A stretch of DNA of 42,001 nucleotides from a virus (lineage: Duplodnaviria > Caudoviricetes): positions 1 through 42,001 of the IMG/VR virus record IMGVR_UViG_3300048851_000083; one strand, given 5' to 3'. Shown in pieces: positions 17,424 through 26,452 of this stretch. The notes beneath the pieces were generated by a model. It was not told the DNA's origin, made no database searches, and was given only the letters and a program-made list of their open reading frames with translations. A program made the position numbers and the translations under genes. The first letter of the stretch is position 1; every line of letters starts with the position of its first letter.

Positions 17424-18862
17424 CAGCTGGTTCCTTGCGCTGCGCTGTCAGTGGTGCCGGCAGCAGCCTGAGCGGCGGTGAAGGGATCGCCCTTGTAGAA
17501 GAGGCCTTCGCCTTGCTGTTTCGCCAGGTCGGCCTTCGTCTCGGCCATGAAGGTATCGTGGTCGAGCCCGCGCGAGTTCAGCAGGCTGCGGCGGTTCTCC
17601 AGGCCAGCCTGCATCTCAAGGATGTCCGCCTCGGCGTCGCCCTTCCGGTCGATCGATTTGCGCGGCGGCGGGGTCCAGCGCATCTCGTAGGTCGGGGTTC
17701 GCGTCTTGCCGAACTCATACGCCGCCTGGCAGAACCACTCCCAAACCCGGTCGAGAAACACCGGGATGATCGTGTTGAACTGCCGCTCTTCGTTGGTCGC
17801 ATCGAACTCGAGCGCACCCGCACGGTAGCTGGAAAAGTTGACGTTCGAGAGATCGCCCGTGACGTGTTCGTATGTCGCGCCGACGCCTGCTGCCGTGGCG
17901 AGCAGGTTGATCTTCACCGCATCATTCAGCCCGCCGGCCGGCTTCGGGTCAGCGAATTGGACGTCTTCGCCAGGCGCGAGGGTCGTCATGGTGCCCGGTT
18001 CGAAGAACTCGACCGGGGGCAGCTCGTCGCCGCGCGACTGGATCTGGCCAAACGGCTCGTCGACCCAGTCCGGGTTGATGCGGCGGAAGCCGACAAAGCA
18101 GGACTCGATCTTGCGGCGGACGAGATCCGCATCGAGCGCATCGTCGATGTCGCCGAGCTTCTTCATCACCGGCTCGAAGACGGAACGTCCACGCTTCTGG
18201 CCGGCCTCTTCCTGTTCGTAGAGGTGGATCACGTCCGCCGCCGGCGCAAAGAACGACGGGCGGCTGCGGCGGTAATCGGATCGAGCCGGCAGGAACCAGT
18301 AGCCGGTGACAATGCCGTCGGCATCGTACTGGATGCCGTCCTCGATGTTCTCTCCGACCTTGCTGGCGTCGAGAAGGCCGCCATCCAGTACGTCGATCCG
18401 GAGAGGGATCACCGACGCGTCCTTGACGTAACGGCGAACGATGAAGCTATCGCCTTCACGGAACATGGTGCGCGTGGCGAGGGCTTGCTGGCCGTAGAAG
18501 TTCAGGCGGCCGCGGTAATCACTGACGCGGACCCACTGCAGCCACAGGTTCTGCACCACTTTCGGAGCCTTCGGAGCGCCCGTGATGCCCCAGCCGATGG
18601 TGCCATTGAGCAGAGCGCGAATGGCCTTGCGACCGTAGGGGTTCTGGTAGGCAAGACGAAGAACCGCAGCCCGATCGACGATCCGCGCCGGCCGAGCGTC
18701 ATTCGGATCGCCGGTGTTGACGCTAAAACTTGGGTTCTCCTCGCGAAGGCGCCTCATTGACCCTTCGACGCGGCGAACCTGCTCCAGCTGCATGCGCGCA
18801 AAAGCACGCTTCGCTGCATAGCGAGGCGCGATCGCGGCAATGGAGCGCTCGATCATGTCCAT
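17423..18862 (-). CDS. Portal protein, lambda family
   Basis: TGDLSNVNFSSYRAG and WTPPPRKSID motifs, 479 aa. Confidence 0.93.
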   Translation of the reverse strand: MDMIERSIAAIAPRYAAKRAFARMQLEQVRRVEGSMRRLREENPSFSVNTGDPNDARPARIVDRAAVLRLAYQNPYGRKAIRALLNGTIGWGITGAPKAPKVVQNLWLQWVRVSDYRGRLNFYGQQALATRTMFREGDSFIVRRYVKDASVIPLRIDVLDGGLLDASKVGENIEDGIQYDADGIVTGYWFLPARSDYRRSRPSFFAPAADVIHLYEQEEAGQKRGRSVFEPVMKKLGDIDDALDADLVRRKIESCFVGFRRINPDWVDEPFGQIQSRGDELPPVEFFEPGTMTTLAPGEDVQFADPKPAGGLNDAVKINLLATAAGVGATYEHVTGDLSNVNFSSYRAGALEFDATNEERQFNTIIPVFLDRVWEWFCQAAYEFGKTRTPTYEMRWTPPPRKSIDRKGDAEADILEMQAGLENRRSLLNSRGLDHDTFMAETKADLAKQQGEGLFYKGDPFTAAQAAAGTTDSAAQGTS

Positions 18863-19071
18863 CAGCGGCGGATCCGTCCCACCGTGGTGCGCCGGCGGGG
18901 CTGCGTCTGCGATGCAGATGCCGATAGCTCTGCCTTCACGTCGGAACGCAGCGCGCGCATCTCGCCCAGGCTGTGGAACTCCGTCTTTCGGCCGTCAGCA
19001 AATGTGACGGATCGCACCCCCGACAGAATGGCCGCGTCGAGCTTGTCGAGGTCGGATTGCTGGAACGCCAT
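18862..19071 (-). CDS. Head completion protein (gpW-like)
   Basis: 69 aa, LDAAILSGVRSVTFADG..EFHSL, between terminase and portal. Confidence 0.85.
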   Translation of the reverse strand: MAFQQSDLDKLDAAILSGVRSVTFADGRKTEFHSLGEMRALRSDVKAELSASASQTQPRRRTTVGRIRR

Positions 19072-21083
19072 CAGCGCCTCCGTGTCGTGAATGGGTTCGA
19101 CTTGCGTGCTGGCGCCGGCTTGCGGGTGACCGGGGACGCTTTGGCTGCTTCCAGCTTCCTGATCTGCGAGCCGGTCTTTGGAGGTTCGGGCTTAGGCGAC
19201 GGCGGCGGCTCTTCGCGGATTTCAGTCTCTCCGCGGACCTTCGCCCAATGGCGGTCAGTCCAACGATCAATTCCCAGCGCGTAGGTGATCGACCGTGCGT
19301 ACACGGCCATGTCGAGGGCTTCGTTCCGGTCCCGGGTCTTGTGCCACTCGCGGCGGAAGCCGCCGTTCCGCAGCCGCGTCATCCGCAGCTCTTCCGCGAC
19401 CAACTGCTTGATCCACTCGTCGGGCGTCCCGTCCGGCAGGAAGACGTATCCCGCTGGATATGCCTCGCCATCGATCGGCTTCTCGAGTGCGAGCTGCCCG
19501 TAAAGCTCCAGCTTGAGCATCGACGTGCCGACGGTCCAAAGCCGAACGCCGCGCTTCAGCTTCCGTCCGCGAATAGTCACGTCGACCCACGTCGGGCCGG
19601 CAATGGCCTGCGATGCGGCAAGCGCCTCGCGCCCCTTCAAAGCCATCACGAAGCCCGGGTGCCGCCGGGCCCAGTTATAGACCTCCATCGTGCTCTCGCC
19701 GTCGCCGGAATCGATGCCGACGCGTGCCAGCTTCATTCGCCGGCCGTCTTCCGACCGCCATTCGCGCGCGATCTGCTGGTCGAGCTTGGTCCAGGTGGTC
19801 TGGTCCGAAGCGGCGCCGTCAACCTCGATATGCTCGACGAGGGCGCGCTGTCGGTTCGGACCGAACGCCCAGATATCGAGCTCGACACGGCCGCCGCCGC
19901 CGCCGCCGCGCTGGACGTCTGCTGCGCCGACCAGCAGTCCCGCCCACGCGGGTGGCGTCTTCAAGCGCATCGCCTTCTCCCGGCGATCGTAGAGGCGCTG
20001 CCACTCCGGCGCTTCGCCGCGCTCGGCCCATGCTTCGCCGAGCACCTGGTTCACGAAGGTGCGCAGGAGGTTGGGATCCTTGCGGACCTCCATGAACTCG
20101 CGCGCGATCTCCAACCATGCGGCGCCGGGATGCTGACTGTATGCGGCCCAGATATGAAAGGACCGATGCCGCGGGAACGCCGCCGGATTGTGCGCGCGCC
20201 ACTCGCCCGCCTCATCCATGGCGGCCTTGTCGGTCTCGTCGATGTCGCAGTCGTTGACGCAGCGGTACCAAGCTCGCGTCGGATGTTCCTTCGGCTCCCA
20301 ACGAAGCCCGGCGCCGGTACCGTCGCCGAACACCAGCTGCTGCATTTCGCCGCAATGCGGGCAAGGTACGTAGCGGTATTCCTGGCTGCCCTGCTCGAAC
20401 AGCGAATCGATCCGGCTGAAGCCCTTCACCTTCGGCGTTGAGCCGGCAGCGCTAAAGCGGCGCGGGGAAGTCAGGTTGCGCTTGAACGCGAGGCGGGCGG
20501 GGTCACCCTCTTCCTTCGAGGCCCACGGATAGCCGTCACATTCCTCGAGCAGCACGTCGTCGGCGGTGACGCGGCGAAACTCCTTGGGGCTGTTCGCGCC
20601 TTTGATCTGGATCCAGCCGCCCTTGTAGCGTTTGGCCCTGATCTGGTTGTCGGCATGGCGCGGCTTAAACGTGGCCACCGATCGGACGACAGGCCATTGC
20701 AGCACTGGGTCGAGATCGTCGCGGCTGAACTTCTCGGCGTCGTCGATCGTCGGCTGGTAGAACAGTTGCCGCCGCGGATCGTGCTTGATGGCCCAGGCTA
20801 CGAAGCATTGCAGGATGGTCGAGTAGCCGATGCGGCTGCTCTTGCGACACGACACTTGCTGCGTGTTCAGGTCGGTGAAGGCGTCCGCCATGTCCGACTG
20901 GAACGGAAACGGTCGGATGCGCTGGCCGTCGTCGGTACGGGCATGTTCGGCCATGAACTCCGAGAGCGGCGGCCGCTCGCGCGGCTTGCAGGATGCGAAC
21001 CAGGAGCGTGCAAGCGAGACGCCGTGGGCGCCAGGCGCGCGGTAGGTCTCAGGATCCCTGGTCTTCGGCGGGCTCTTCTTCAT
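19071..21083 (-). CDS. Terminase large subunit (lambda GpA family)
   Basis: KSSRIGYS Walker A-like motif, LLEECDGY, GSTP, YVPCPHCG, IDSGD, RNEALD. Confidence 0.95.
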   Translation of the reverse strand: MKKSPPKTRDPETYRAPGAHGVSLARSWFASCKPRERPPLSEFMAEHARTDDGQRIRPFPFQSDMADAFTDLNTQQVSCRKSSRIGYSTILQCFVAWAIKHDPRRQLFYQPTIDDAEKFSRDDLDPVLQWPVVRSVATFKPRHADNQIRAKRYKGGWIQIKGANSPKEFRRVTADDVLLEECDGYPWASKEEGDPARLAFKRNLTSPRRFSAAGSTPKVKGFSRIDSLFEQGSQEYRYVPCPHCGEMQQLVFGDGTGAGLRWEPKEHPTRAWYRCVNDCDIDETDKAAMDEAGEWRAHNPAAFPRHRSFHIWAAYSQHPGAAWLEIAREFMEVRKDPNLLRTFVNQVLGEAWAERGEAPEWQRLYDRREKAMRLKTPPAWAGLLVGAADVQRGGGGGGRVELDIWAFGPNRQRALVEHIEVDGAASDQTTWTKLDQQIAREWRSEDGRRMKLARVGIDSGDGESTMEVYNWARRHPGFVMALKGREALAASQAIAGPTWVDVTIRGRKLKRGVRLWTVGTSMLKLELYGQLALEKPIDGEAYPAGYVFLPDGTPDEWIKQLVAEELRMTRLRNGGFRREWHKTRDRNEALDMAVYARSITYALGIDRWTDRHWAKVRGETEIREEPPPSPKPEPPKTGSQIRKLEAAKASPVTRKPAPARKSNPFTTRRR

Positions 21084-21549
21084 CAAGGCCCCCGCCACGC
21101 GCCTCCTCAATCCGCGTCATGCTCAAGTCGGTGAGGACGTTGTTGATCTCGGCATCGATGCGCGCGCGCAGCTTGGCATCAGCGCCGGCAATCCGGGCGC
21201 CGACCTGCTGCAGCTGGGCGACGATCATGATGATCACGCCAGCACCGGCGGCGGCCATGTCCGGCAACGAGGCAAGCTCCTTGCGGCGCTCGGCATTGTC
21301 CATCGCCTTGCTGTCCGCCTGCTCCTTCGCGAGCCGCGCCTGCTGCTGTTCCTTGTCGAGGGCATCCGGGTCGGCGTCGGGATCGACACCGTATTTCATC
21401 TGCGCCCAGGCTTCGACGTTCTCCAACAACGATGCGCCGTCCGCGGGCAGGTCGCCCTTCGATCGCAGCTCGCCGATCCAGCGGCTGGAATAGCCGAACA
21501 GCGCCGCGAGCTGCGGCCGGGTCGGCTCATCGAGGTCAATTTGCGCCAC
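21049..21549 (-). CDS. Terminase small subunit (Nu1-like)
   Basis: N-terminal wHTH (TRPQLAALFGYSSRWI) and ARLAKEQAD coiled coil. Overlaps the large subunit start. Confidence 0.88.
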   Translation of the reverse strand: MAQIDLDEPTRPQLAALFGYSSRWIGELRSKGDLPADGASLLENVEAWAQMKYGVDPDADPDALDKEQQQARLAKEQADSKAMDNAERRKELASLPDMAAAGAGVIIMIVAQLQQVGARIAGADAKLRARIDAEINNVLTDLSMTRIEEARGGGLDEEEPAEDQGS

Positions 21550-21639
21550 TTCCCTGCTCCATGTGGTTCGAGGCCGCAGAAAACCGCCGTTTCTTACCGC
21601 AGGGAGGAAGAAGCATAGGCATTTTCGTGCCTAGCGGCG

Positions 21640-21686
21640 TTTCGCGCTCTGCCCCCCCGTACTGATCAGATCTCCGGGAAGGACCC
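21640..21686 (-). other. Putative cos site (cosQ GGGTCCT at 21680-21686, cosN at about 21645-21656)
   Basis: Minus strand GGGTCCTTCCCGGAGATCTGATCAGTACGG-GGGGGCAGAGCG-CG closely parallels lambda cosQ-cosN as recalled, about 100 nt upstream of the small terminase gene. Confidence 0.7.
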
Positions 21687-21745
21687 AACAGGGGGCGGGG
21701 CAGGAGGGGCATTGACCGCTCGCCCACCCAGATGCAGCCTACGGA

Positions 21746-22219
21746 ATGGCCTTCCTAACCTCGCTCCTGAAGCTGCTCGGCGGCGAACACGTCAACGATG
21801 GCATCGGCCGTCAACGTCTGCCGAGGGACTGGTGGAAGGTCGATGGCTTCGTGCCGCTGGCCACAGGCGGCGTGATCGAGGTCGTCGGTGAGAGCCACTA
21901 TCAGGAGTCGTTCGAGAAGACGGTCGGCGATCGATGGGCTGGCGGCGTGTACTGGCACACTGTAGCCCAGCTGTTCTTCGTCGATGACAACGAGCACGAC
22001 GCGAACGCCATCGGCGTGATGGTCGACGGACGACCGGTAGGCCACATCCCAGCATCTGAGGCGCCCGCGCTACGGTCCGAGATCCTCGCCATCAATCCGG
22101 ATCGCTTACCCGTGTTCTGTAAGGGCGAGATTATCGGCGGCTTTGTGAAGGGTAAGAAGCGCGGCTCGTACGGACTAACACTCGATGTTGCTCGGCCGCT
22201 ACGGCGCAAGACCCGGTAG
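21746..22219 (+). CDS. HIRAN domain-containing protein (moron)
   Basis: VVGESHYQ...DNEHDANAIGV..DGRPVGHIP HIRAN signature. Confidence 0.82.
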   Translation: MAFLTSLLKLLGGEHVNDGIGRQRLPRDWWKVDGFVPLATGGVIEVVGESHYQESFEKTVGDRWAGGVYWHTVAQLFFVDDNEHDANAIGVMVDGRPVGHIPASEAPALRSEILAINPDRLPVFCKGEIIGGFVKGKKRGSYGLTLDVARPLRRKTR

Positions 22220-22300
22220 TGCTCTCCCCTTGCTACGCTCGATAGCTGGGTGAGCAAAGGGTGGTGCGGCGCATGCATAAGCCGCGCCGCACCGGATAGA

Positions 22301-22945
22301 TCAGAAGCGGAAGCCCACGCCTGCCACAACCTGGTGCCGCTCGACGTCGAGGCCGGCAGCCACATCGCCGTCGTCATAATCGAAGCCGCCGTAGTTCGTG
22401 TAAACGTACTCGAGCTTGCCGTAGACGTTGCGGCCGAACATCACTTCACCACCGGCGCCGAGATGGAAGCCGTCAAGGTTCTCCGACAGACGGAAGTTGT
22501 CCGAAGGAGCAGCCGGGTCGGAGTAAGAGACGGTCGCGCGTCCGTTCGAATAGCCCCCCTTGAGATAGACAACGCCGCGGTTGGTGACGAAGCCGACACG
22601 AGCACCTGCGGTGATGTTGCGACCTGCCTCAACGCAGCCGCGATCGTTACCGTAGATCTCCAGGCATTCCTTGACGCTCGAGTCCTCGATGCCGCCATAG
22701 ATGCCGATCAACGAAGGGCCGCCTGCGACGATGTCGTAACCCGCTTCAACGCCATACGTGACGCCGCTCTTGCCAGCCTTATCAGAGATCGAGTCGACGC
22801 CGTCATCAAGGAAGGCTTCGATTACTGGGCGGTCCCAGCCGACACGAGCTTCGATGCGAGGGCCCGAAGAAACTGGGGCAGCATCCTGAGCAGCGGCCGG
22901 CGCGGCAATAGCAAGCGCGAATGCGCCTGCGACGATATACTTCAT
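22301..22945 (-). CDS. Outer membrane beta-barrel protein (OmpA-like / Omp25-type)
   Basis: Signal peptide (APAAAQD), GVEAGYD, GARVGF, KLEYVYTNY and terminal GVGFRF. GGGA ribosome-binding site. Confidence 0.88.
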   Translation of the reverse strand: MKYIVAGAFALAIAAPAAAQDAAPVSSGPRIEARVGWDRPVIEAFLDDGVDSISDKAGKSGVTYGVEAGYDIVAGGPSLIGIYGGIEDSSVKECLEIYGNDRGCVEAGRNITAGARVGFVTNRGVVYLKGGYSNGRATVSYSDPAAPSDNFRLSENLDGFHLGAGGEVMFGRNVYGKLEYVYTNYGGFDYDDGDVAAGLDVERHQVVAGVGFRF

Positions 22946-23137
22946 GTAGTCCCTCCTGTTGTGCCAACGTTGTGGCGGAGGGGCGGTTAGCTTCGGTCCG
23001 TTAACCAAACAATGATCTTGCTGAAGGCGAAGGAAGAAAAGCCGCACTGTGTAACCTTCGAGACACGGTCGGGCCAGTAAGTGATCCGACGTTAGTAGTC
23101 TCGCTGATAGCGTTCGCGCTCCAACGGGGAGGGAACA

Positions 23138-23443
23138 ATGCGATTCGCTATCATGCTCGCACTAGCGCTTGCACCAGCGGCACCTGAACTTGCTTATGCG
23201 ACGTCTGGTGGTCTTAATGCGGAGGGTTGCCACAATGATCGAAAAGGTGGGACCGGGTACCACTGCCATCGGAGTTCGTCGCGACCTTCGGCGAGAGTTC
23301 TGCCTGCGCGCTCGTATGGCGGTGGGGCATTTGCGAACTGCAGCGCTGCTCGTGCTGCCGGTGCTGCGCCCGTGATGCGCGGGGATCCAGGGTATGGCTC
23401 GCATCTCGATCGCGATAACGACGGGGTTGGCTGCGAGCGTTGA
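23138..23443 (+). CDS. Secreted excalibur calcium-binding domain protein
   Basis: Signal peptide, GCHNDRK..YHCH, FANCSAARAAGAAP..RGDPGY..HLDRDNDGVGCE. GGGAGG ribosome-binding site. Confidence 0.88.
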   Translation: MRFAIMLALALAPAAPELAYATSGGLNAEGCHNDRKGGTGYHCHRSSSRPSARVLPARSYGGGAFANCSAARAAGAAPVMRGDPGYGSHLDRDNDGVGCER

Positions 23444-23569
23444 TCAAAGAGGACGGCTCAACTCGGGCCGCCAATCCGTCTCAGCCTTCGGACTTCCGCC
23501 TGAGCGCCCATCGACGCTTTGGTCAGTGTCAGCGGGCGCGATCGAGAGGACCATCAAACCCACGGCTGC

Positions 23570-24115
23570 TCAGGCAGCGGATGCAGACGTCGCTACACGA
23601 TCGTCTCGCAGGGCGCAAGTCTCCACCTTGATGGTCAGAGGGCCGATCTTGAGCATGGTCGAACGGCCATCGCTTGCCTCCACTACCGCGCTGAGGCCGG
23701 TCCAAGCGCCCGACATCGAAACGCTCTCGCCTACTTGGTATGGCTCGACCTTCGTGCCGCGACGTGCCCGCTTGCGCTCTCGCTCTTCCAGGGCGCGCAG
23801 GAACGCCAGCTCGTGATCACCGACGAAGCCTGGTGAGCCGAGATATCGGAACAGCGAAAATGCCGGATGCGGTGAGAGCGGGTTGGCCAGCACGCGGAAG
23901 ATGGCCGGCAGCAGCTCGGCACGCACGAACACGAACCCCGGTGCGATCGGCGCATCGTGCGGCGTGGTGCCCTTCTTGCCGCGCATCACTCGGCGGTAGA
24001 CCACGCCAGTTGGTGTCCACGCGTCGATGCCCGCAGCCTGCAGCGATGCCGCCAGCTTGAGCGTCCGTGCCGGTCCGGTGCGCAGAATGCACCAGTCTTT
24101 CGCCCGCGGTGTCAT
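23570..24115 (-). CDS. NusG-family (NGN-KOW) transcription antiterminator, probable late regulator
   Basis: WCILRT, AWTP and APIAPGFVFVR (NGN domain) plus GESVSMSGAWTGLSAVVE (KOW). Occupies the lambda Q position. Confidence 0.85.
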   Translation of the reverse strand: MTPRAKDWCILRTGPARTLKLAASLQAAGIDAWTPTGVVYRRVMRGKKGTTPHDAPIAPGFVFVRAELLPAIFRVLANPLSPHPAFSLFRYLGSPGFVGDHELAFLRALEERERKRARRGTKVEPYQVGESVSMSGAWTGLSAVVEASDGRSTMLKIGPLTIKVETCALRDDRVATSASAA

Positions 24116-24157
24116 TGCCCGAGCCCTCCGGCGATCGTGGATCGCGCACGACTAGGA

Positions 24158-24484
24158 TCAGCCAGCATCCTCCGGCACCGATGAGGTGACGCGGCGCGGC
24201 TCGTGAACGCCGATATCGACGATCTTCCGAAATGCCGATGCCGCGAACAGCCGATCGACGCCGACGAAGACGAGCATCGGTGCCTCGTTGATGGGATGCA
24301 GAACGACTTTGCGCACGATCTGTCGGTCACCGATCGACGGGCCCACCATGGGAGACCCATCCGGTCCGTGCCAGCCTTCACCACTGCAGCACTCGGCGAC
24401 GTCACCAACGCGCCAAGTCTCGTCCGCGGCAAACGGCAAATACCGAGTTTGGCGAACACGTCGGCGCTTGAAGGGCCAGAACAT
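24158..24484 (-). CDS. Hypothetical phage protein
   Basis: Protein-like composition (WRVGDVAECC...SAFRKI), same strand as the flanking early genes. Confidence 0.6.
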   Translation of the reverse strand: MFWPFKRRRVRQTRYLPFAADETWRVGDVAECCSGEGWHGPDGSPMVGPSIGDRQIVRKVVLHPINEAPMLVFVGVDRLFAASAFRKIVDIGVHEPRRVTSSVPEDAG

Positions 24485-24666
24485 CGACCGCCATCCTCCC
24501 GCAGCGAGCGGCAGACGTTCGCCGCTTCGACCAGCACGGGCAAGTTATCTCCATCTCGAATTTGATGCACCATGGGTTTGTCCGCGCGGTTGCCAATCTC
24601 AGGTTCAACACTATCGCTGCGCGCCATCAGCGAAGCGCCATCCGGTTCGCGATTCAGGAGAGCGCT

Positions 24667-24888
24667 ATGCCCGAGACCGTAATTAGCCCCAGCGGCCCCG
24701 GTGCGATCGAGGCTGGGCTCATGATCGACGAGACCGGCACCCGCTTTGTCGTACTCACATTCAAGGAAGTCGACGCGGATCCGGTGATCGTGACGTTCAC
24801 CGTGCCCGTTTTTGCTGGCTTCGCTGCCCATCTTGGGACGGTCGCCAACGCTGTCTTGGATGAGGCGAACTGGGCCGTAGAAGGCTAG
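24667..24888 (+). CDS. Small hypothetical protein
   Basis: CAGGAG ribosome-binding site before ATG, 73 aa, protein-like composition. Confidence 0.6.
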   Translation: MPETVISPSGPGAIEAGLMIDETGTRFVVLTFKEVDADPVIVTFTVPVFAGFAAHLGTVANAVLDEANWAVEG

Positions 24889-25023
24889 CTCGTTGGCGAA
24901 CCAAATGCCGTTGCTCCGATGTGCTGGCGCCGTCTTGGCGAGCCACTGATTCTGCCCGCGAAAACCCGCAGTACCCCTTTCCTTGCCGCGCGCGTTCACA
25001 ACGGACAGCAAGGAGAGAATGCC

Positions 25024-25179
25024 ATGTCCCCCGAAAACAGCGCACCGTCCACCGATCCGATGGAAGGCGTCGAGCCGACCGAAGCCGACGCGATCGTGCA
25101 TCCGGAGCAGCCGCCGATGGATGACGCCGCATCGGGATTGCCCGAGGACGAAAACGACGAGATGACCGACAACAGCTAG
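25024..25179 (+). CDS. Small acidic hypothetical protein
   Basis: AAGGAG ribosome-binding site, 51 aa, rich in Asp/Glu/Pro. Confidence 0.5.
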   Translation: MSPENSAPSTDPMEGVEPTEADAIVHPEQPPMDDAASGLPEDENDEMTDNS

Positions 25180-25259
25180 TGCTGCAGCGTTAGCTGGCTG
25201 GCGGTGTTGGGCGACGGCTCGCCCGCCAGTCACTTGCCGCGGATAGGGCATGATCGAGT

Positions 25260-25574
25260 TCATGCCGACCACTGCCCGATCCCCGTCCAGGCTGGTGACG
25301 CCCCGAACACGCCACGGTGGCCGTAGCGCTCAACGGTCGCGTCGTACGTCGCTGCCATCAGGCTCTCCCGGCCTTCCTCGAACAGCTGGTGACCGAACTC
25401 GACAAGCTGCCGGTACGCCGGCCCGCGGCCCTCCTGCTCCGCCTCTCGCTGGGCGCAAAGGTTTCGAAGCCGATCAACGTGCTTCAGTGCTGCCAGCTGG
25501 GCAAACCCCTCTCTCGTTCCCATCGTCTCTCCCCAAGCGGGCGGGTGCCCATGTTCGGTCTCGTCGAAAATCAT
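25260..25574 (-). CDS. Hypothetical phage protein
   Basis: ATGA-coupled to the replication initiator gene. Confidence 0.6.
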   Translation of the reverse strand: MIFDETEHGHPPAWGETMGTREGFAQLAALKHVDRLRNLCAQREAEQEGRGPAYRQLVEFGHQLFEEGRESLMAATYDATVERYGHRGVFGASPAWTGIGQWSA

Positions 25575-26452
25575 TGAACTGCACTCTCAAGCTGGGCCGG
25601 CAGTGCAGCGGGTGGGCTGGGGTACAGCCGGCGGTAGCGCTCGGCCGTGGCGCGACTGATCTCGCGAGCTTCGTCCTCGTCGGCTATCTGGTTTTTCTTC
25701 CGACCCTCGATCCAGCCGATCGGGTCCGACTTGCCGGCAGCCGAGGCGATGGCCTCTCGGGTCCATCGATCTCCGTGGTCCTTCCGCCACCTGGCGATCA
25801 TCGCGCCGGATTGTTTGCGCGAACTACCCGCCGCCATCAGCAGGGCGACACCAGCGTCGAAGAGAGCTTTTGCAGGATCAATCGCCGCGATCGCGGCAGT
25901 TCCGTTAGGAACTGTATTATCTCCTCCCTCCTTCCTCTGGCGCGACTTTTCCCCACTGGTGGGTAACTGGTTCCCCACCACTTCCCCACTGGCCTGTGTT
26001 GAAGGAGGGGTGCCTTCCCCACCCGGGCGCTTTGAACGGGGGGTCGGTTCCCCACTCACCGTGTCTGAAGAGGGGGTCGGTTCCCCACCGTCGCGTGTTG
26101 AACGAGCGTTGATGTTCACCCAGTTCCCCACCGCTTCCGTCTGTGGGTAGACCGATGTGGGCTTCTTTGGCCGCTGATACTGACAGAAGTTGCGCACGGC
26201 TCCGTACCGCTTGCCCTCCGCGTCGTACGGCATGATGCACCTTGCTGCTGTCAGTTCATCCAGCAACTCGACCGGATCGACATTGTCCGCCGGAAGGAGG
26301 CGCATCTTGAGCTTGAGCGGCGACCACTCGAACGAGCCCATGTCGTCGCACTCGTTCCAGATGCCGAGGAACAGAAGCCGCGCCGGCATGCTCAGCGCGA
26401 CATAGGTCTCATCGGTCCAGAGGCCCGGATGAATCGATCGGATGCGGGCCAT
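25571..26452 (-). CDS. Phage replication initiator protein
   Basis: MARIRSIHPGLWTDE...ARLLFLGIWNECDDMG...NFCQYQRP N-terminus typical of phage initiators, with a low-complexity middle containing repeated GGE/SGE units. Confidence 0.8.
   Translation of the reverse strand: MARIRSIHPGLWTDETYVALSMPARLLFLGIWNECDDMGSFEWSPLKLKMRLLPADNVDPVELLDELTAARCIMPYDAEGKRYGAVRNFCQYQRPKKPTSVYPQTEAVGNWVNINARSTRDGGEPTPSSDTVSGEPTPRSKRPGGEGTPPSTQASGEVVGNQLPTSGEKSRQRKEGGDNTVPNGTAAIAAIDPAKALFDAGVALLMAAGSSRKQSGAMIARWRKDHGDRWTREAIASAAGKSDPIGWIEGRKKNQIADEDEAREISRATAERYRRLYPSPPAALPAQLESAVQ

Noticed and set aside
15579-18760. 630-aa and 448-aa ORFs on +
   Set aside because: Antisense shadows of the capsid and portal genes.
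24112-25272. 386-aa ORF on -
   Set aside because: Overlaps three smaller ORFs with better ribosome-binding sites or composition and shows no domain signal.
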